From NCBI GenBank assembly GCA_030141605.1, contig JAQGDQ010000324.1, positions 205,096 to 269,095 of the forward strand: a stretch of DNA of 64,000 bases, written 5' to 3'. Both the position numbers and the translations under genes were made by a program. Within the stretch, counting starts at the first letter, position 1. Each line of letters starts with the position of its first letter. The stretch is from Tubiluchus corallicola (taxonomy: Eukaryota > Animalia > Priapulida). Below are positions 58,522-64,000 of this stretch, one piece after another. The notes beneath the pieces were generated by a model. That model was not told the DNA's origin. It saw only the letters and a list, made by a program, of their open reading frames with translations, and did not search any database.

Positions 58522-61500
58522 CGAATGGAGTAGATATCAAATTCTCAACGTAAATAAACTCGTCGACTTGCGTGCTAAACACAAATTTCCCTTAACAAAC
58601 TGTTTTTTAACGAAGACGCATATCGCATTGTCATACTTTCGCTCGTTATTTTGTAATTTAACGATTCTTTTGTTGAAGGAAATTTCATTTACTTGTTATT
58701 CGCTGATACTAACTGTGCTAGCCCTAATCTTCAGGATTCCGAACTTTCTTTCCGGTTCTGATTTTCCGCGAATTTTTTCTTTGCTATGCAAGTGAAAGGA
58801 ATTCATGCGGAAGGAACCCGAATTCAACTTCTCAGTTTTACTGTACTGTGTGATGTATAATGTACAATAGGAATTGAAAGTCTCTGATCGTTTTGTAAGA
58901 AATAGCTGTTAATTTCTTCAGTGTAAGTAGACAGACATCGAGCAGCCAGAACAACTGGCAGACAGACAGACAAGCTAACAGAAAGTCAGAACGACTGAGA
59001 AGCGGATCGAATTTATTCTTTGAATTGTTTTAGTTTCGGTTTGCACAACTTGTGCCTTATATACGTGTCTTATTAATGTCAATATCAGTGGTCAAAACTA
59101 TTGATTAATAGATTAATTTTACATTAGTAGTCCGGTTTTCGTCATTTTCATTTTGCTTGCCGGAAATCTTGGCACCTATTTACAAACGATTGCTGTTTCT
59201 GTTTTCTTTTGCTTAGTAAAATCCACTACCCAGTGAGACTCGTTAGCAGGTGTTTTCGTTTTCCTGAACGCTTGCCGCACAAACACCCTTACAAGTGATT
59301 ACTTTTTTTCCTCTTACGTTATACAAAATGTGATATCTACTGGGACCTATTTACCAACGGAGCTCGTTAGAAACAAAAAATAACAAAGTAAAGAAGAACA
59401 GAGAACAGTATTAATTTGTAAAAATGTTTGTGAGAATTCTCGTTTGCGAAATTGGAATGGCAGAAACGTGTCGGTGGCATAGGTGCGTTTTTAAATGCAC
59501 ATTTTTATCGTATTCAAGAAAATGGTGCTGAGATTTCATTTTAACAGCATTTTGCTTAATTTTGTGTTACTTCTTACAGCTAATTACGGCACAATTACTG
59601 AATAGTATTTATTTTTGCCATTTTTAAGCTACTCATTCAAAAGAAAAATTAAGAAAACCTTTTGAATTTTTATGCATTATAATCATCAGCTTGTGGATGG
59701 CGTTAAAGTTGATTACTTATACTTCTTTAAGCTCATAGTTCATGTAATTGTAATATACACAAAACGTTTGTTACGACAATTTTAAAATGCTAGCATATCT
59801 ATTGCGTGTTTTATATTTTCTTTGTGACAGTTTTGTCATATTGTTTTTTATTCTTCGTTGGTTACCGCTGAATCACGTGACATGAGAATTTTTTAAATAT
59901 TTAAATTTTTGTTTTATCGTATCTCGTCTTTAGACTAGTGACGTAATGAGTTTTTTTAAGAAGGGTTTTTAGCTAGCCAATGAATTTTGTACAAAAGCAA
60001 TGATGAATTACTGCTTTTTAACATTCTAAGATGTTTTACATCGTACATTAATGATTAGCAAAATGTTAGTATCTAAAAATTTTAGTTTTTACTGTAAGCA
60101 TTTTATTAACGGCAAGTCTTCCTGTTATGGCTAAATCAGGGACAGTTTTCGTAATTGTTGTTTGCCTACTGTATTAATTATTATTATTGTACTAATCAAA
60201 TTATGTGTACAGAGTTTTTTACTGTTACCTGGAACTGTTTATTGTCATTTTTTCATGTTTAGCGTAAGTAAATGTACATGTACTATATTTTTTGCTATTT
60301 ATTATAATTTAGATTTTGTATTGTCAACTAGCTGGCCGCGCGTTTGTCCAGTGTTTGGACACTCGGGTCGTAGAGCAAAAGTAGGAAAATTTCTAAACAG
60401 CGTCATGCTGGGTACAATAGCTTGTGTATGTCTAATGCGTGGTGCACACGACAGAAAACTTACTTGGAACATCTTATCTGATACAGAATTTTGGTCGTCT
60501 ACAAGCTTAATAATAATTATTATAATTGCTGTTTTACCAATTAAATGTGCTTAATTTCCGTTTCTGACAAACTCATCCAGCTCTTGTGTATGGGCTTAAT
60601 AAATGCTGCTTTACCAATTAAATGTGCTTAATTTCTGCTTCCGATAAACTCATCCTGCTCTCGTGTGCGGGTTCAGTATAACAATTTGTGTCAGACAAAA
60701 TTATATTAGACCAATAAAAGGCAATCATTTACTGACACCCGTGACACAGTTTGCTTCATGCAAAAGTTGCCGTGTGCGGGCAAATCATGTCTATGTGTAT
60801 GTGTGTGCTATTTTTTACCATATGCACCCATATGATATTAAAGATGCGAGTGTCTGAATTTTTTAATTTGACTTGCGCAAGTGTAAAAATGGGTTAATCT
60901 CTACAGGGGTGCTCCAGAGGTGACCACGCAACTAGAAAATTTGACTATTACGCACTTCTGTTACTGCTAAATAGAGAGGTTTCATTTTTTTATTTCATTA
61001 TTTACTCCTGGATTTTAACTGGACACTGTCGAAGCTACAAGATTCTTGTCCACATTTAGCTAGATCCTGTTATGTTGAATAAATCGTAAATCAAAAGCAT
61101 TACGTTTTGATTTTTTGAAATGCATGTTTTTAAAGAGGACACGATCTAATTACAGACCGTTTTAAATCACGTTCACACTATTGATTAACTATTAACGTTA
61201 ACATTAGGTGTGGTGTTCACATGGTATCGAACACTGCTTCACACACATCAGTTATTGTGTTAACTAAAGCACTGTTCAGTAAAACTTAAAAAATTCGTCT
61301 TAAAGTTTGTATCATTTACATGAACACTTGTTGCATACAGGGCTTTGTATTAATAGCATCGCTGTATAAAACTCGTAAATTTAAACTTCCACGAAGACCG
61401 TTAGACGCAGCCATTTTGACGTACGGTAAGTCACGTTTGAAACAAGTTTACATAACATTGTGTAAAGTTGAAAAAATAATTGGAGCATTCGATCGTACAC

Positions 61501-61639
61501 GCTTTGCTAGTTAAGCAAACGTATAAATGATTTTGTATTGTCAAGATCAATAATAATAATAACACTGGGATAGCAATGCAGTGCCGTTTTAACAGGTAAT
61601 GTGAATATTTTAAATAATTAACAAATTTGTAATTGAAAT

Positions 61640-62150
61640 GGAAGACAATGGAGTGTGCGTCAAGAGAGTCCACATTGCTGGAGCTGCAGCGTCGACTGTG
61701 GCTGAGCAGTCCGATCCTTGCACGTCTCCAGGGCGCACGCCTGGGCAAGGTGTATGGAGATGCTGAGTTGCCCAGACAACAGGAACCCCTCTCTTCTTCG
61801 CTGGTATAGTCCAAAGGAAAGCGGAGCGATACGTTTGGCACCAGGTTGGCTGCCGGAGTCAGTGAGCATGCTGCACTGGTCCGCCTTTGGGGCTCCACTC
61901 CTGATTTGGAAGGTTTACTCTTCTACACAATGCCGTTGGGTCACTTGACCTCCTCCGCCCTCTAGCCGTTGGCTGCTTTTGCAGCTCCTCCGCCTAGTGT
62001 CGAGATACAGTGCGGGCATCCCGCAAGCCTACAGCACCTGGTATTCCTAGGCGGTCACCCATTCAAGTACTAACCAGGCTCTACGTTGCTTAACTTCTAA
62101 ACCGGTGATCAGACGAGAACCGATGTTTTCAAAGTGATTTGGCCCTAGTC
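61640..62150 (-). mobile_element. 5S rRNA-derived SINE, second copy (3' tail missing)
   Basis: 5S-like head 62025-62150 (small insertion near box A) plus the same body as 47312-47729. Confidence 0.88.
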
Positions 62151-63205
62151 ATTATTATTACTATTAACATCATTTATTTTCAAACGCACGTGTAGTTAAG
62201 TTAAATAATCTGTTCAATTAACAGAAATTAGTAATTTAGTAGCAAAAGTAAGAATAAGCATTAAACACTGTCAAAACAACCATGGATATTATTTACATAC
62301 AAGAAGACAAAGCAATTAATTTAGAAAAATACTACATATTCTGACATCTGTCTGACAAAAAATTAAAATTCCTGTTTTCAATACAGTTTATACAATCCTT
62401 TGCTAAGTTTATTATCACTAGCTGACTGGGACTGAACTGGTATCCTTTTACAATTTTACGAGATAAAATTTGTAAATGCATCTTGCAACATTTCTTTCTA
62501 TAACGATTTTATACAAGTTGAAATCCGTTATTGAGTTTATGTCATACGTCATGTAACGTATGTTTGGCTATAAAATTACTACTATTTTAAGAATTTAAGA
62601 AACCGTTTTGCAAAATGCTTAGTCGGGCAATATAACTTTGTCCGTAATTTTTGTTAAAAAATCCCCTTTTCTTCCCTGTTAAGCACCACTTATACATTCC
62701 CTGCACAAAAGCTGAATAATTGATTCATTTTTGAAGAACCATTCTCTCTGGATCGTGAAAATTAGTCCATTAATGAGCGCTTTCCCCACGACGTGTCACT
62801 CGTCGCTTGGATGCTTCCAAACCAGATTATTCACAAGTCTTTCATTAATTATTGTTAAATGACAAAAGCTTGATTAAGATCGTAAAGCCTACATCACTGT
62901 ATTAAGAAAGTAAAGTAAAGTAAACTAATTTTCCAACTTCACAGCCATTCGGTTGCTGCAGGGTTGGATTAAGATTAAAAGCGATTCTAAGCGTTGAAAA
63001 GATTACGGTACTCCCACATATGTGGAATTCAGAATAAAAATAATGCTATACTGTAAAATGAAATTTTTTCTTCCGAAATGAAAAAAATGCAATAAGAGTT
63101 ATTTACAGTAATGCTAAATGTTATACATACAGTATAACATTTGTTGTAATGCAGTAAATGTTATAATACAAAAAATACAGAGACGGCTCTAAATCTTATA
63201 AAGTT

Positions 63206-63297
63206 TCTCCCCCCCTCTCTCTCTCTCCTCCCTCTCTCTCCCCCCTCTCTCTCTCTTTCTTTCTCTCCCCCCTCTCTCTCTCTCCTCCCTCTCTCTC

Positions 63298-63375
<78 letters not shown>
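63206..63375. repeat. (CT)n pyrimidine tract
   Basis: Direct reading. Confidence 0.95.
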
Positions 63376-63378
<3 letters not shown>

Positions 63379-63711
63379 ATAAGAAACTCCAAACTCATTC
63401 ATAAAGAACAGTCATTTTGTAATTATGTACCTGTGCCATATAATTTCAGTATAGTTACTGAACAAGTTTATAATTTTCGCGTGATATTTTATTGTGTAGC
63501 TGAAGTAAAAATAATGCAGACTTATATTGGTATAGAAATGTAAATAAAGCCTATTTCATAACGAAGATAAAGCGCCTTTTTTCTGTCAAGAATGTATAAA
63601 TTGTTCTGAACATTGTGTAACTAATAACGTACAATTAGAACTATATGTTTCTGTGTACATTTTGTGCAATTTTACTAATTGAATGTATATGTATAAATGT
63701 TACTAATAAGG

Positions 63712-63757
63712 AATAATAATAATAATAATAACCACCACCACCACCACCACCACCACC

Positions 63758-63816
<59 letters not shown>
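63712..63816. repeat. Compound (AAT)n(ACC)n(AAC)n microsatellite
   Basis: Direct reading. Confidence 0.95.
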
Positions 63817-64000
63817 GTGTAACACTCGTCGTGTAATGTCACTTATACGCTAATATGTGCATAGTGGCAATACATACATAGAATAGTCATACGAACATAG
63901 TAGTTACAAATAACAATATTTGTTAGTGATTAGTTATACATCAGCTTGTTACTGTTTACAAGAGAACTACGAGCGCTTTTGTAAACATAGAATAAATAAT

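Noticed and set aside
61431-61898. 155-aa ORF (and related ORFs at 47344-47601) as protein-coding genes
   Set aside because: They lie in the SINE body, use non-ATG starts, and the frames differ between the two copies because of indels.

Overview
AT-rich, intron- and repeat-rich animal genomic DNA (invertebrate; the 5S-like sequence looks lophotrochozoan-type, but the species cannot be fixed from sequence alone). Two divergently oriented multi-exon genes can be assembled by hand with consistent reading frames. (1) On the minus strand is an endosomal Na+/H+ exchanger of the SLC9A6/7/9 (NHE6/7/9) group: 15 coding exons, 33242->1472, about 701 aa, with two U12-type (minor spliceosome) GT-AG introns and a candidate cassette exon. 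(2) On the plus strand is PINCH/LIMS (five LIM domains): 49128->58521, about 323 aa, plus an upstream in-frame coding exon (45835-46067) giving an isoform of about 403 aa. Introns and intergenic DNA contain many non-autonomous elements: hAT-, MULE-, pogo/Tigger- and TTAA-type MITEs (several with intact TSDs), a solo LTR nested in a MITE, a Helentron/HINE-like element, a CR1 fragment, and minisatellites of 46, 87, 32 and 35 bp. There are also two copies of a 5S-rRNA-headed SINE with a GC-rich body and (CAA)n tail, and a Penelope-type minimal hammerhead-like motif. No prokaryotic systems or CRISPR arrays are present. All coordinates were derived by eye and no database searches were run.
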